From NCBI RefSeq assembly GCF_001194135.2, contig NC_068990.1, positions 5,760,547 to 5,824,546 of the forward strand: 64,000 bases of DNA, written 5' to 3'. The notes beneath the pieces were generated by a model, which was given only the letters and a program-made list of their open reading frames with translations, was not told where the DNA came from and made no database searches. This document shows positions 39,343-52,020 of this stretch, in pieces. Position 1 is the first letter of the stretch. Each line of letters starts with the position of its first letter. This DNA comes from Octopus bimaculoides. Its lineage: Eukaryota. A program made the position numbers and the translations under genes.

Positions 39343-39373
<31 letters not shown>

Positions 39374-39545
39374 NNNNNNNNNNNNNNNNNNNNNNNNNNN
39401 NNNNNNNNNNNNNNNNNNNNNNNNNNNNNNNNNNNNNNNNNNNNNNNNNNNNNNNNNNNNNNNNNNNNNNNNNNNNNNNNNNNNNNNNNNNNNNNNNNNN
39501 NNGTATATATACATACGAACACAAACGTATATGTATATGTATATG

Positions 39546-39587
<42 letters not shown>

Positions 39588-39589
39588 GA

Positions 39590-39862
39590 GTAGGAGCACT
39601 CCGTCAGTTACGACGATCGGGTGATGCGATCAACGGAACTGGCGTGCTAGTGGCTGAGCACTCAAGAGACACGTGTACAATTAACGTAGTTCACAAGGAG
39701 ATTCAGCGTGACACATAATGTGACACGGCTGGCCCTTTGGAGGCCAGGTACAACTCATTCTTGCCAGGTGATTGGATTAGAACAACGTGAAATAAAATGT
39801 CTTCCTCATGGACACAACGCGTCGCCGGGAATCGAACTCTTGACCTTACGATCGTGAGCCTA
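39590..39862 (-). mobile_element. SINE family D variant
   Basis: Minus strand has B-box gagttcgattcc, core gcgttgtgtcc.tgag.aagaca.tttatttcacgttg and tail gtcgtaactgacggagtgc. Confidence 0.8.
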
Positions 39863-41248
39863 TATGTTTGTATGTATTATATATATATATATATATNNNN
39901 NNNNNNNNNNNNNNNNNNNNNNNNNNNNNNNNNNNNNNNNNNNNNNNNNNNNNNNNNNNNNNNNNNNNNNNNNNNNNNNNNNNNNNNNNNNNNNNNNNNN
40001 NNNNNNNNNNNNNNNNNNNNNNNNNNNNNNNNNNNNNNNNNNNNNNNNNNNNNNNNNNNNNNNNNNNNNNNNNNNNNNNNNNNNNNNNNNNNNNNNNNNN
40101 NNNNNNNNNNNNNNNNNNNNNNNNNNNNNNNNNNNNNNNNNNNNNNNNNNNNNNNNNNNNNNNNNNNNNNNNNNNNNNNNNNNNNNNNNNNNNNNNNNNN
40201 NNNNNNNNNNNNNNNNNNNNNNNNNNNNNNNNNNNNNNNNNNNNNNNNNNNNNNNNNNNNNNNNNNNNNNNNNNNNNNNNNNNNNNNNNNNNNNNNNNNN
40301 NNNNNNNNNNNNNNNNNNNNNNNNNNNNNNNNNNNNNNNNNNNNNNNNNNNAAATTGTAACGTTTAGTGGTAGAGAAAGAGTTAGTTAAAAAGAATCTGA
40401 CAGTAACTAATTATTTCCACCACCCCCTCCACCAAACTATGTTTACAATTTTCTCATAAGGAAAAAGAAAATACATTTAATATCAGTCAGTTATACCCAG
40501 CAATTGTATCGAGGGTAGTGAGTTACAACTTTAATTTAAAAAGGTTCCAACTTAACGTATACGGTTACAGCTTTAATTTGGATGTTATAATTAACATCCA
40601 AGTTGAAAGCACTAGGTCCTACCCCATGCAATGGAATAAGTGGTGCTACTCTTTTTGCCTTTCAGCCGTTATTGTGCAGGTTAGGAAAGATTTGGTGACT
40701 ATTTCTAGCATTCCACGCAAATGTTTCGATTGTGCTGATTTTCATGGCAAAGGAGATCAGCTCAGACGATAAGTCAATAATGGACATCGATTAGCATAAA
40801 ATTACATAATTTTAGATGTATATGATTTCTTTATAATTAATTCCTAGAAGAAATGAATGTGATTTTCATTATCAACATGTAAAACTACATCTAAACTATA
40901 TCCCTTGAAAATAATCTGATGAAAATCTGAAAAACTTCAATTGGTTAGAAGATATTTAACAAGATCTTAAAATTACAAAATTAAAAAAATATATAGAAAT
41001 TTTGTTGTGAAGAGATAAAATAGAGCAAAATGTTTGCAATGAGGAGCAGGGAAAATATGCTTTCAACGCTTGTGCTTTTTCGAAGAGAAAGAATTAGTCT
41101 CTATATTCTTTCTGAATGAAAAAGGACAATTGTTGATTTCGTGTTAACTTATCGATAGAAAATTGATCAAAAATTGCGTTCGAAAGTTGTACTTGTCTAG
41201 TAACTGATTTAATGAGAGGCCGTGTGCTGCAAGTAGGGTAGTAACCTT

Positions 41249-41440
41249 TCTACTATAGGCACAAGGCCTAAAATTTTTAGGTAAGGGGACTAGACCATGA
41301 CATCGGCTCCAGTGCTCAAGTGGTACTTATTTTATCGACCTCAAAAGGATGAAAGACAAAACAGACAGTGACAGAATTTGAACTTAGAACTTTGAGAGAG
41401 GCGAAATGTCGCTAACGATTTTGTACGGCTAGCCACCTTT
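41249..41440 (-). mobile_element. SINE family A copy
   Basis: Reverse complement of the family A core and the aggccttgtgcctatagtag tail. Confidence 0.8.
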
Positions 41441-41624
41441 GCAAGTGGAGTACTACCATCATAGAATAGATAATATAATCATTTACTGTTTTGTTTTCTT
41501 TGTCTATCTTTTGTATTGAACAAAAGCTGTGTTTTATTCTTGTAGACTAACCTAGATCTCATGACCTTATAGCATGTCGGACATTGTTGGTCAGTTTTAG
41601 TACCCCTATTTTTTGTTTTATTTC

Positions 41625-42195
41625 ATTATTATTTAAGACGTCGCACAATATCCAATATCGTGATGTTGTTGATTGAAGATATTGTGTCTACTAGGGGTTT
41701 GTACTGACTGTCAAGTCACAACAAGGACCTCAAACAGACAGTACTTTACGTAATATGTGTGCAGTTCCAAGTAATGCCTATGTTTGCAATACACCTAGAT
41801 TGTGGGGTATTTCTAAGGTTTCCAGATATTTCTTCAGGGTGGGTGATATTGAACCCAATGCTTTCTTGATAATATGGCCAACCTTTATGTTTGACTCTCG
41901 TAGCTGCCACATCATGGCAATTTCAATTCTCAGGTCCCTGTATTTATCAATCTTTTCTCTTTCTTTCATGATAAAATGTTATTAGGCATTCTTGCTTGTC
42001 CCTCCTAAAGGTTACCATGTCTGGCCTTCGTTGCTCTAACACCTTGTCTGTCTGGAAGTCAAAGTCCCAGAGGATTTTTGCCTTCCCCTTTTCGTCCATT
42101 ACCTTTTCTGTTGTACCAATCACCCGTTACCTCGTATCCATACTTCCGGCTTAGTTGCCAGTGAAGGTTCTGGGTTACCTTGTCGTGTCTGCGCC
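41625..42195 (-). mobile_element. 5'-truncated R4/Dong-like RLE LINE 3' end, same subfamily as 15763-16515
   Basis: RRHDKV, ILWDFDFQTDKVLEQRRPD, EKIDKYRDLRIEIAMMWQLRES, LGVLQ..ALLGTAHILRKVL; same 3' UTR, ending cgtcttaaataataatg. Confidence 0.9.
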
Positions 42196-43429
42196 CTACT
42201 AAACTGCATTAGTTACTTATTTTCACATTTGAATAAGAAGAAAATAATTTTTGTAAAACGTAACAGTGTAATATTTTTTTAAACAAATCATTTTAATATT
42301 TAATATAATTCGATTAACTATTAATTCTATCAATCTTTTGTTCTTGATAAATTCGTTCTCTATAAATTCGTTTGATTGTCGGCATACGCGAGATTTTATT
42401 CCTCACAGTAAACGAACACACTGCAATTTGCTTTCTATCATCTTGCACGAATAAACATTTTCAAGACTGTAAGATTAGATTTGAAAAATTTTAGTTGCTA
42501 TTTCTACCAGGTCGTGTGGCCGCATACAGGCTCCCGCGGGTCTTGGAAATTATAATTGCATACGTTTTATCACATACAATTTCAGTTCATATATCTTTCG
42601 ACACATAAAGGGAATTGAAATTTATTTCCACAAGACCACTAAAGAGAGTCTGCTATATATATGAGATGTGCAGACAACTAGATGTGCAGACAACTAAGAA
42701 ATCTTTTCTAAAGGAAATAATTGAAATCTTCAAACAAATTCTTCTGCACTGTTTCGTCTGCTGGCAAATCGAAAGATTTCAAACTTTGAATAGACACTAG
42801 TTGCTTTTGTTTTATTTTATTGTTTTCTTTTCTGCTCTGTTCTTGTAATTTGAAACATTTAAAGCCATGATTATGGACTATATAACGGTTACGTTTTCTT
42901 AGAAGCAGAGATATAGCTACGATATATTTTACTCTTATTTCTGTAGTTTTATTTTTATTGCGTGTTTTTACTGCACAACTAAGTGCAGTACTGTATACAT
43001 TTGGTACGAGTAGTGTTTTGCATTGTTGTTAGTTTTTATATTGTATTGAAATTATTCTCATAATATGTGAGCAGCGCATTTAGTAATATTTTCTCCATGT
43101 TCCGTATATGAATACATCGAACCGAAGGACTACTCTATATTCACAGAAGATCTAACCACACAGTTACTACTATAAGAAATCCATTCAGCATTAAAACCAG
43201 GGGAATATTCAATATTCACTAAAAAAATACATTTAATTGAGTTCCGTATTACTTGAATGATACACGATGAAAAAGTTGCTTAAAAGCATACTACAATGCA
43301 TATAAAAGTAAAGCTAAGAAAATAGAATCATTTGGTTCAAGCTACACTTTAGCAGAAACAAAATATGACAGGCACAAATGTGGCCGTGTCGGTAAAAGTT
43401 GCAAGACAAAGGCGAAATAAACTGGCGTT

Positions 43430-43818
43430 TTATGAACAAATCTCTTGATACATTTGTACTACATTGAGTTTGTACTGCATACACTTGCTCCTTTGTAACT
43501 TGTACCATCAGAGATACAGTGAATCAGAGACGGAATCGTTCGGAGCTTCCAAATTACGGCGCTAATTTCGCAAACAGTGATATAGAATATATAACAAACT
43601 TCCTAAGTAGACAAAAAATCTGGCAACTTTTAAAAATCGAGATATTTCTAAATTGCTTTGCTCAGCGTTTATAACCACAATAACAGCATACATATTCATT
43701 TGTTGAGTAAGCTGAGTGTCTGCAATTATTATATTCTGAAACAAAGATTATACAAAGTTTGTAAAGAATGTAGCAATGACCCAAAAAATGTATGTCCTCA
43801 AATACCTTACACACCCTG
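43430..43818 (-). mobile_element. Tc1-like DNA transposon, 5' fragment
   Basis: Terminus TA|CAGGGTGTGTAAGG (TA at 43819-20); minus ORF YAVIVVINAEQSNLEISRFLKVARFFVY resembles a Tc1 N-terminal HTH; partner TIR not found. Confidence 0.6.
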
Positions 43819-43849
43819 TATATATGTATATACATATATATACACGCAC

Positions 43850-44014
43850 GCGCGTCGGATTTCTACAATAGTTCTACTAACCGAATTTCTATCACAAGGC
43901 ATTGGGCATCAAATATGTAGAGAAGACCCTTACCCCAAATGCCGCACAGTTGTCTCGAAACCGATTAGATCCTCGCAGTTGCGAAGCAAACTACTTCACC
44001 ATTCAAACATACCT
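43850..44014 (-). mobile_element. Degenerate SINE family B copy
   Basis: Reverse complement shows the agtagtttgcttcgcaac head, gtcttctctac and gccttgtgat.gaaatt motifs. Confidence 0.6.
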
Positions 44015-45389
44015 CTGTATGTCTGTACATATATATATTGCTGTGTGTGCGTATGTAAAAGCTTGCTATTACATAATTATTCTTGCTCTTATTCTGTCTA
44101 TATCTTTCCTCCACCGCCATTATATCTATGTTTTCGCTCTAATGCCAGAAATTTTATTTAATTTTGCTCTGTACATTTTAATGTCAGAACGTTCCACGAT
44201 CTCGTAGGATTTGCGTAAAAAAATTCGGTAACATATTGAGATAAAAACTAACTAAAATAACGTAAAACATCATTGTATATGAAGAAAAAAAAACGGAAAC
44301 AAACAGGAAAATATAAAATATTAAATAAAAACTTGAAAAAGTTTTGGTTTTGGTTTTTATTCTGAAAATTGTGATAGTGATGTCACAGGGAAGTGTGAAA
44401 GAATGATGAAGAGGCTGAGAGTGTAAACGTAAGATGATGGAGTAAGCATTAAAGATCAATGAATGAATGTGTTTAAAGAGTAATATATGATTATGTGAGT
44501 ATATGCATGTGTGTGTATGTTAATGCGTATGTAGTGCGTGAGCTTGCGAGAAAAAGACAAAAAGATACATAGAACACCTGAGAGAGAGAGAGAGAGAGGG
44601 AGAGAGAGAGAGAGAGAGGGAGAGAGAGAGAGGAGAGAAAACAGAAAGTGAACATGCACCTGCATATACATATGTCTGAGACAGAGAGAGGAAGTGCCAA
44701 TGTGCATGTGTGTACATGTGTATGAGCGAGTGTGGTTATATGTTTATAACTTTAAGAATGTGAAGTTTGTGTGTGCAAGGGATTCTACGAAAACCAGTGC
44801 GAGAGAAATATAGAAAAATTCAGAAAGGAAAAAGTGAACGTGTGTGAGTGCGTATCTATTTGTGAATGAAAGAGTGAAAGAGAACGTACGTTTGTGAGTT
44901 TGTTTGCGAACGTATATGTGCAATAATGTATGATTGTGTTTATGTGTAAAAGGAAGAGAATGAAGTCATGAGGAAGGGAGAGACAGACAGACTAAAGAGA
45001 GAGAGCGGGGTATAGAAAAATACTAAGAATATGAGTGATGAGATCGTGTTTCTGCCATGCGGAAAATGAGAAAAAGAGAGAAGAAAGGGAATGGGAAAAG
45101 ATATATGTTTGTGTGACAGAAAGTGAAAAGAAAAGAATCGCTTTGGGGAGAGATTTTACCGGAGAAAATGATTTAGGTGAGGAAATATATGTGAAAGAAA
45201 TAGAGCGAAGAAGAGGAGTAAATTCAGAAGGACATAGATGTAAGAGAGAGTCGTAGGATGTGAGGTTAGAAGTGGCATGCCAGTCAGAAGATATAAAATG
45301 CATAGTGGAGAAAAGACAGATCAGGGTAGGGCTTATCAAAACGAGGAAAAAGCAAGTGGAAAGCAAACAAGAATTATAAGTGGCTAAGG

Positions 45390-45770
45390 GTTAACTGAAT
45401 TTTTTAGTCGTTGTAACAGAATGTAAGTCAACTGCAGGAAAGATATGAACAGAGGGCAAACGTTTTAAGAAGAAATGATTAGATAGAGCAATTAATGAGG
45501 GGCCTAAGTGATAAGACGCTACATAGGTGATGGTTACAAAAGAAACGAGTGGGACAGAAGCGCTTGAGTCGCAAGAGTCCAGCCAGTTTCAAGGAGAAAA
45601 GACCATTTTATTAACGGCAGCAAAACCAAAAAGAGGAACAGAACACCCGTGTGGACCAGAGATTTTCTTTGTTAGTGACCTTATGCCAATCAGTCGGACG
45701 CCCCTTCTCTGGATGCGGGTTAGGATGTTTGAGTATGCAGAATAGCTTCAATTTGCATTGACCTCAGATT
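45390..45770 (-). mobile_element. CR1/Jockey-group LINE 3' fragment, decayed
   Basis: Minus translation NILTRIQRRGVRLIGIRSLT resembles the post-RT LDRIQRRAxRLIG motif; a later SFF..W..LP-like remnant is degenerate. Confidence 0.55.
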
Positions 45771-47248
45771 TGAATTTCTGAAATAATTTGGGTTATGAGG
45801 ACAATGTCATATTACAAGTATTTTAATTCTTTTCCAATGGAACAATATTATTTTAAATGTTGCAATCTTCTTGTCTGTGAGTAATGTTATCAAAGATATT
45901 TCATATGATCATAAGAACATAAAACCGAACTTATCTCCACTCATAAACACATACCTACACACACACACGCGTACATATATGGTGATGTTTGTTCTACTGT
46001 TTTGTTTTCTGTGGGGGATTATTTGTTTTAATGTGTTTCCCAATTAACATCACTTCTTGGTCCTTTGATGCTTTAATAGATTTCCCTCTGTTGCATGCAT
46101 TCGGGTCAGGTCACTGGACTTAGAATAACATCCTGTTGTTTATCCACAAGTCCCAGAGAGCCTGAAAAAGAGACGTGTGTCAATAGACACTCATCAATTG
46201 AATGAGAGAAATGGTAAGAAACCAGTGATGGAAGAGAGAGGAATTTACAGCATTTCTTTAAACGGTAGAGCACCATTATCATTCTTATAACACATTTCCA
46301 TTAATCTATTCTTCATTCTTTTCTCACATTGTATATGCCATAAAAGCATTAACGCGTGCGTGAACATGGTTAGGCTAATCAGATTGGCTGGTGTGAAATC
46401 AAATACAACGTAGACTTGTAAAAGGCTGAAATATTAAACTCCCAAACATCACTCTTAGGTGCTACACAGAACTGTGTCAGTTTTTTAAAGTGTTCTCGTT
46501 CATTTACATATTTCGTCTTTAATAACCATGATCAATCCTCATACAAATATCTAAAATATTTTAGGCAATGAAGACTTTTAGCCATTATATTCCTTATCCG
46601 TGTATGTTGTTTTATTACTTTAATGGTTGCACATATATAAATGCATACGTTCCGGATAATAATAACAATATAGAAACTAATGTTTCACACTTTCGCACAC
46701 AGCCTGATACTGCGTGCTACCAACGAGGATTTAATAACATACCTACTAAGTTGGTAAACTCGACGAGCCCGACCCAACGAACCCGACCCTCAGATAACAC
46801 AAAACTCGAACGCTATCAAAACAACAACTAATAACAGCAGAGTGGTTGAGGTTTCTATGTACGAGAGGAAATTGACAGTCTGATTTCTCCCGGAAGACAA
46901 CTAGTTACCCTCTGCAATTCTTAGACCTGAAGCAACATATTCCAGCGACCACAGAAGTAACTCTTTTCGACCAATACCGGCAGTGAAAAAATGCTGTACT
47001 TGATATGTTTCCATATATCCTAAGACATACATCCTATGTCATTAACCATAGTAAATAACATCATTTGACTGCTATTTCTAGCCAGTTTCCAGCATTTCTA
47101 AGAACCCCTTTTTTTCTTGCACGGCAATAGAAAATACTTTTCTTATATATCTGTGTAACTTGAATCTCAGCCTCGTGTTCAGGTCGGTCGTTTCATTGTA
47201 TAATTAGATAAAAACATTTCTCTGCCATGTCTTTTCTATCTGTTCCAG

Positions 47249-47301
47249 CGTCACAAACAACAACATGTTTCTCGGCACCGACTCCGAAGACTGGAGACGA
47301 G
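47249..47301 (+). CDS. Candidate micro-exon, 53 nt; phase 2 to 1 reading VTNNNMFLGTDSEDWRR
   Basis: Acceptor cttttctatctgttccag|, donor gag|gtaatt, CpG-rich. All three frames are open, so the frame is uncertain. Confidence 0.4.
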
Positions 47302-47726
47302 GTAATTTGGTTCACACAGTTGAAATCACACTTTTCAATAAACAAAGTCTAGCTAGAATTTCACCAATGCAATTTCTGATAAGCGTCCTTTCGACAGCCT
47401 TAAGCCGTGAAGTAAAGCACTTAATTACAGCTCTTGCAGCTAACATTTCATGTCTGGAAAAACAAACTGGAGCTTTCAAAACGCACATGCAGTTCACAGT
47501 AAAAGCGTTTAGATCAACTTTTACGAAGAATGAAGGAATTACCAGAAAATAATTCTTCACAGGAATCTTTTATGAAACAATTATTTCTGTCATGTTTGCC
47601 GCCAAATGTACAGGCAACTCAGTAAGGCATCGCGGCTTTGTCGATCAACTGGCGGGGGTTAGTGAAGGTATTATAGACATTTCACTTCCAGATTTCTCTA
47701 CTTTTCTTTTCTTTGTCTCTGCACAG

Positions 47727-47743
47727 TTGGCGGCGTTCCGTAA
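47727..47743 (+). CDS. Candidate terminal exon, coding part (..VGGVP*), with AATAAA at 47787-47792
   Basis: Very strong acceptor cttttcttttctttgtctctgcacag|; phase fits the 47301 donor; the other two frames are also open. Confidence 0.3.
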
Positions 47744-48529
47744 CTTTATCGAAGCCAATATTGAACACTCACGAAAAAAAAAAAATAATAAAACGTATGG
47801 AATCTCCTTGTCTTTCTGTATGGTATACTATTGTAGAAACTCGGCGTGAAGAGGCTCTTCTAATTCCTGTAGAAAAAAATCATACAGTCTTGATATTATA
47901 AATTCGGCTCGAATGTTTATCGTCGTGAATAACCTTGTTCCTTTCAGTTTGCTTCTAAGTAACAGGAAACGTTAGACACCAGCAAATAAGGAGTACTGCA
48001 TCGTCTGGCACTTCTACAGTAAGTCGCTAAATTTATGTTACTTTCTTGTGAATACTAGTGTTGAGTGGAATATTTGACCTTACAGTATTTTACAAGGTAC
48101 ACGGAAGCCGATACCATTCAACAATGCTCTTTAATAGAGAAAAGTTTATGATGTTGCACTTAAATTTATATAGAGGTTTTAAATGAATTTTCATAGAAGC
48201 TGATTTTCCGTAATCATTGATTAATTAATTTATTGTTTAATTAATTTATGATTAGTTTGTATTAGCGTTATCAGCCCTTCTGCATCTACTAATGTCATAC
48301 TTCTTTTAGTCGATTCCAGACATCCCACGCCCGTTTTTAGTGATAGAACGATGTCATTTCATTCTGTGACATAGCATATTGTTAAGACTAGTCCTGTTTC
48401 TGCATATCGTAATGTCTTGCTCCAGCAATATTGGAGATTGCTAAAGATGAATTTATCCGCACGGTACAGGGTTGACAGATATTATACGACTCTCTTCCAG
48501 TAATTGGGCGTCTCTTCTACTTATTGTTC

Positions 48530-48755
48530 TGAAAAAGACTGAAGGCGACTGGGCAGCGGGTCGTGTAATTGAGCAAGCCGCTTCATTTCATGTAGCTTAA
48601 GTTCATTCAGACGAGTTCCAACAACAGCAACAAGCTAATCGAGAGATGGACAGGCATCTCATTCAGTGGTAGGAGGTAGTCTTGTACTAACAATTGCTTA
48701 TTGCTCCTGAAACCTGGGCCTAATGGACTTCTAGGCTCGAGATGGGAAAGAAAGT
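48530..48755 (+). mobile_element. Degenerate SINE family D-like copy abutting the mariner
   Basis: gtcgtgt..ttgagcaagc.gcttcatttcatg..gttcattcag core. Confidence 0.5.
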
Positions 48756-48762
48756 GGAACTA

Positions 48763-49989
48763 CGAGATGGTATCAAGACGTTCCCGGACTGGTTATGTTT
48801 AATAGAAGTAACTTATTTACCTAAGTTTTAACATCATCTCCTTCGAAATAGTCACTTTGCGCAGCAATATACCGGTCCCAGCGTTCCTGCCACTTTTAGG
48901 ATCCGGCCTGAAAGTTGTTTTCCGTGAGCCAGTCGAGGGCCTTCTACGATTTGCTCTTGATCTCAACAACAGTGTTAAAACAGCGACCTTGAGCAGCATT
49001 TTCATCTTGGGTAAGAGATGGAATTCCACAGATGCTAAATGTAACGAATAGGGCGGGTACGGAAGTGATAAAGTGTTCTTTTTGAGTGAGTAGTGCTTGG
49101 TGACAGGGTGCATTGTCGTCGTGAAGAATCCAATTCTTCGCGCTCCACACATCCGGTCGCTTTCACCGAATGTTCTTCCATAATTCCGCTGGTAGAACTC
49201 CCGATTAACGGTCTGCCTCTGGGGGACGAATTCTCTATGCACAATACCGCAGATATCGTAAAAAACGATAAGCTTGCTTTTGATTGAACTGCGGCTCTAC
49301 TGTTCCTTCTCCAGTTGTGGAGATGAAGGGGTCTTCTATTGTGACGACTCTGCTTCCTCTGAGGGTCGTACCGGTGATGATACACGGTATGAAGGAAAGG
49401 TCATCAGCGGGACACTGACGAAGATCTCGACAGACTTCGACGCAATGTTCTTTCTGCTCAATGGTGAGCAGACGAGGGACGAACTTGACAGAAGTTAAGA
49501 TTGGCTGCACGGACCCTTACGACAGACCAACATCATCAGCAACGTCATTGATTCTCCTATGACGATCTTCATGCACAAGCTAATGAATATTCTCAACATT
49601 TCCAGGAGTGACACACGTGGTAGGTTTTCCACATCGCTCATCGTCTTCCAGGGTTCTTCTTCCACTTTTGAAGCACCTGTGCCACTCGAAACATTGCGTA
49701 CGACCCATTGCTTCGTCACCGTAAGTTTGCCGACGCATGCGCAATGTTTTAGTATTAGACTTTCCAAGTTTAACGCAAAATTTCACATTGACTTTTGTTC
49801 CAGCTTATTGTCCATGGCAAAATCGCAGACAACAGCATACAAATAATCACAAAATCACAAATTTTACAACTTGCGAAGTGAACACAGCGGAGTCACTCGG
49901 CACCCTGCCTCATAAAGGTCACTGCTAGCTCTCATTGCACACGTTGGTGCGCTACATAACTAGCCCGGTAACCTTTTGATACCAACTGG
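48763..49989 (-). mobile_element. Near-full-length mariner (Tc1/mariner) element, 1227 bp
   Basis: 36-bp TIRs at 48763-48798 and 49954-49989 (29/36 identical); TA at 48761-62 and 49990-91. Confidence 0.93.
48821..49815 (-). pseudogene. Frameshifted mariner transposase
   Basis: MDNKLEQK..KFCVKLGKS, TQCFEWHRCFKSGR, DDERCGKP, KFVPRLLT.EQK, ILHDDNAPCH, PYPPYSLHLASVEF (third catalytic D lost), GDYFEGD; several frameshifts. Confidence 0.9.
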
Positions 49990-51751
49990 TACCTAAAGTT
50001 GAAAACAACTTTCAAATATAATCTATTTTAAAATTCAAGAATTCCTGCATTGAAAAACAAAACTATATATTGAGACATTCTGCTATGTATACCTACCTAC
50101 CTATCTACCTTCTCACCCATCTACCTACCAACTTCACTACCTACCAACCTACCTACTCACCTACCTACATACATACATAAATATATACATACATACATAC
50201 ATACATACATACATACGTACATACATACATACATACATACGTATCTTTATATACTGTTGCTTAGCTCCAGGTCATTTCCAATACTATAAATCAATAATCA
50301 AAAACGTAGGCGTCGTGACCCACCCGATTGCTTTCAGGCATTGTATTTAAAATAAAATTGTCCAATGTATTCTTTAAAAAGTTAAATTATGCCTTCAGTA
50401 ACAGGTTTTAAAAGGTTAGGGCTGATGAGAGCTAAATAGCACTATAAATGTAAGGCCTTCACAAAATAGCAAAACATTAGTTGTAATACGTTCGCTGACA
50501 GTGCCCCAGCATGGGCACAACGGACTGTTGAACAAGGGAAAGAGTGGAGGATACATTTCCTCCTATATTGTCGCACAAGCAAACGCGATTTCTTACAATG
50601 CTACAATGTTATTAATCTTGTGTAAAAAATTGTTCCATAGAGACTTTCACATACGCACACATTCCCACACATACACATACAGATAGATAGATAGATAGAT
50701 ATGTGTATATATATATGTGTGTGTGAGCATATATGTACATGTATATATGTATATATACGTATGCATACACGTATATACATATATACATATATACATATAT
50801 GTATATATATATATACGTATATTTATACATATGTATACATATACACATATATGTATATATATATACGTCTATTTATGTATATGTATATATATGTATGTAT
50901 AACTATATGTATATTTGTATATATGTATTCATGCATATATATATGTATATATGTGTATACACATATATACACACTCATATGAATACATACACAGACACAC
51001 ACACACATACACACACACACACACACATTTATATATATATATCATTTTCCAATATTTCTCGCACAATACTTAGATTTGTCTATTCGAGATATTATTTCAA
51101 TATGAAAGAAGGAATTGAGCGACTAAAAAGAAGCGTATATTTGACTTTTGAAGTCAATTAATCTTGATACGTGTTAGATACCATAGAAAGTCCGTAGGGA
51201 GTCAGTGAGGTCATGCTGATAAATGTTGGCAGGAAAAACGAAACGAAACGAAGTGAATGTTAAGACGGAAAGAAATAATTCTTTGACTGCCTTCTGAATA
51301 ATGGCTAAATGTAATAAAGGAAATGTAGCAAAAGGAAACTAATTTATTTAAGAATATTGATTTTTAACATACGCACAGATCTCAATAGCTTGAAGAAGGA
51401 TATAGGCGATCATATCGATCCCAGGACTTGACAAATATCTATCTTATTCACGCTTACTGAAGCCTGACAATTCCAATTGCAAAATTAGTAGATATAACAT
51501 ATTATTAGATAAACTAACATTATTACTTGCCTTATTAATACATGAAAATCAGAGAGTAAATCCGCAGCTGCTCGAAGATCAGCAGATACGTTTTCGCACT
51601 ACAGTACAGTCTGGTTTCACGGGAAACGTCTATGTTTATGTATGAGAGAAAGCATTAGAATATGAATAGAATTAGCCATAATGTAACCTATTAAAATTGT
51701 AACAATGAGATTTATATAAGGCATAAAGTTTTGTTCTTCACTGTTGTTCAG

Positions 51752-52020
51752 ACCATTGTGCGGTTGACAGTGGAAGAATCTACGGGGAAGGCATGTCAGA
51801 CATGTTGGAACATCTGAGTCGTTGTCTCTTTAGTACGGATTCATTGATGGTGGTTTCAAGTCTACAATCGATTTCTGTGTTTGAAAGGCAGAGAATGAGT
51901 CCAGAAAAAACTGAGAAATTTCTGAAGCCATTGGATGTTTACTCATTGTGCATTTGTAGGAAATGGTACTGCTATAGTATCCTATTCTGGACACTTTCTA
52001 GTTGTTGTTACTCTACGTAG
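51752..52020 (+). CDS. Candidate alternative terminal exon, phase 1: xHCAVDSGRIYGEGMSDMLEHLSRCLF..
   Basis: Acceptor ttttgttcttcactgttgttcag|, then about 89 open non-repetitive codons; no homology recognised. Confidence 0.22.
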
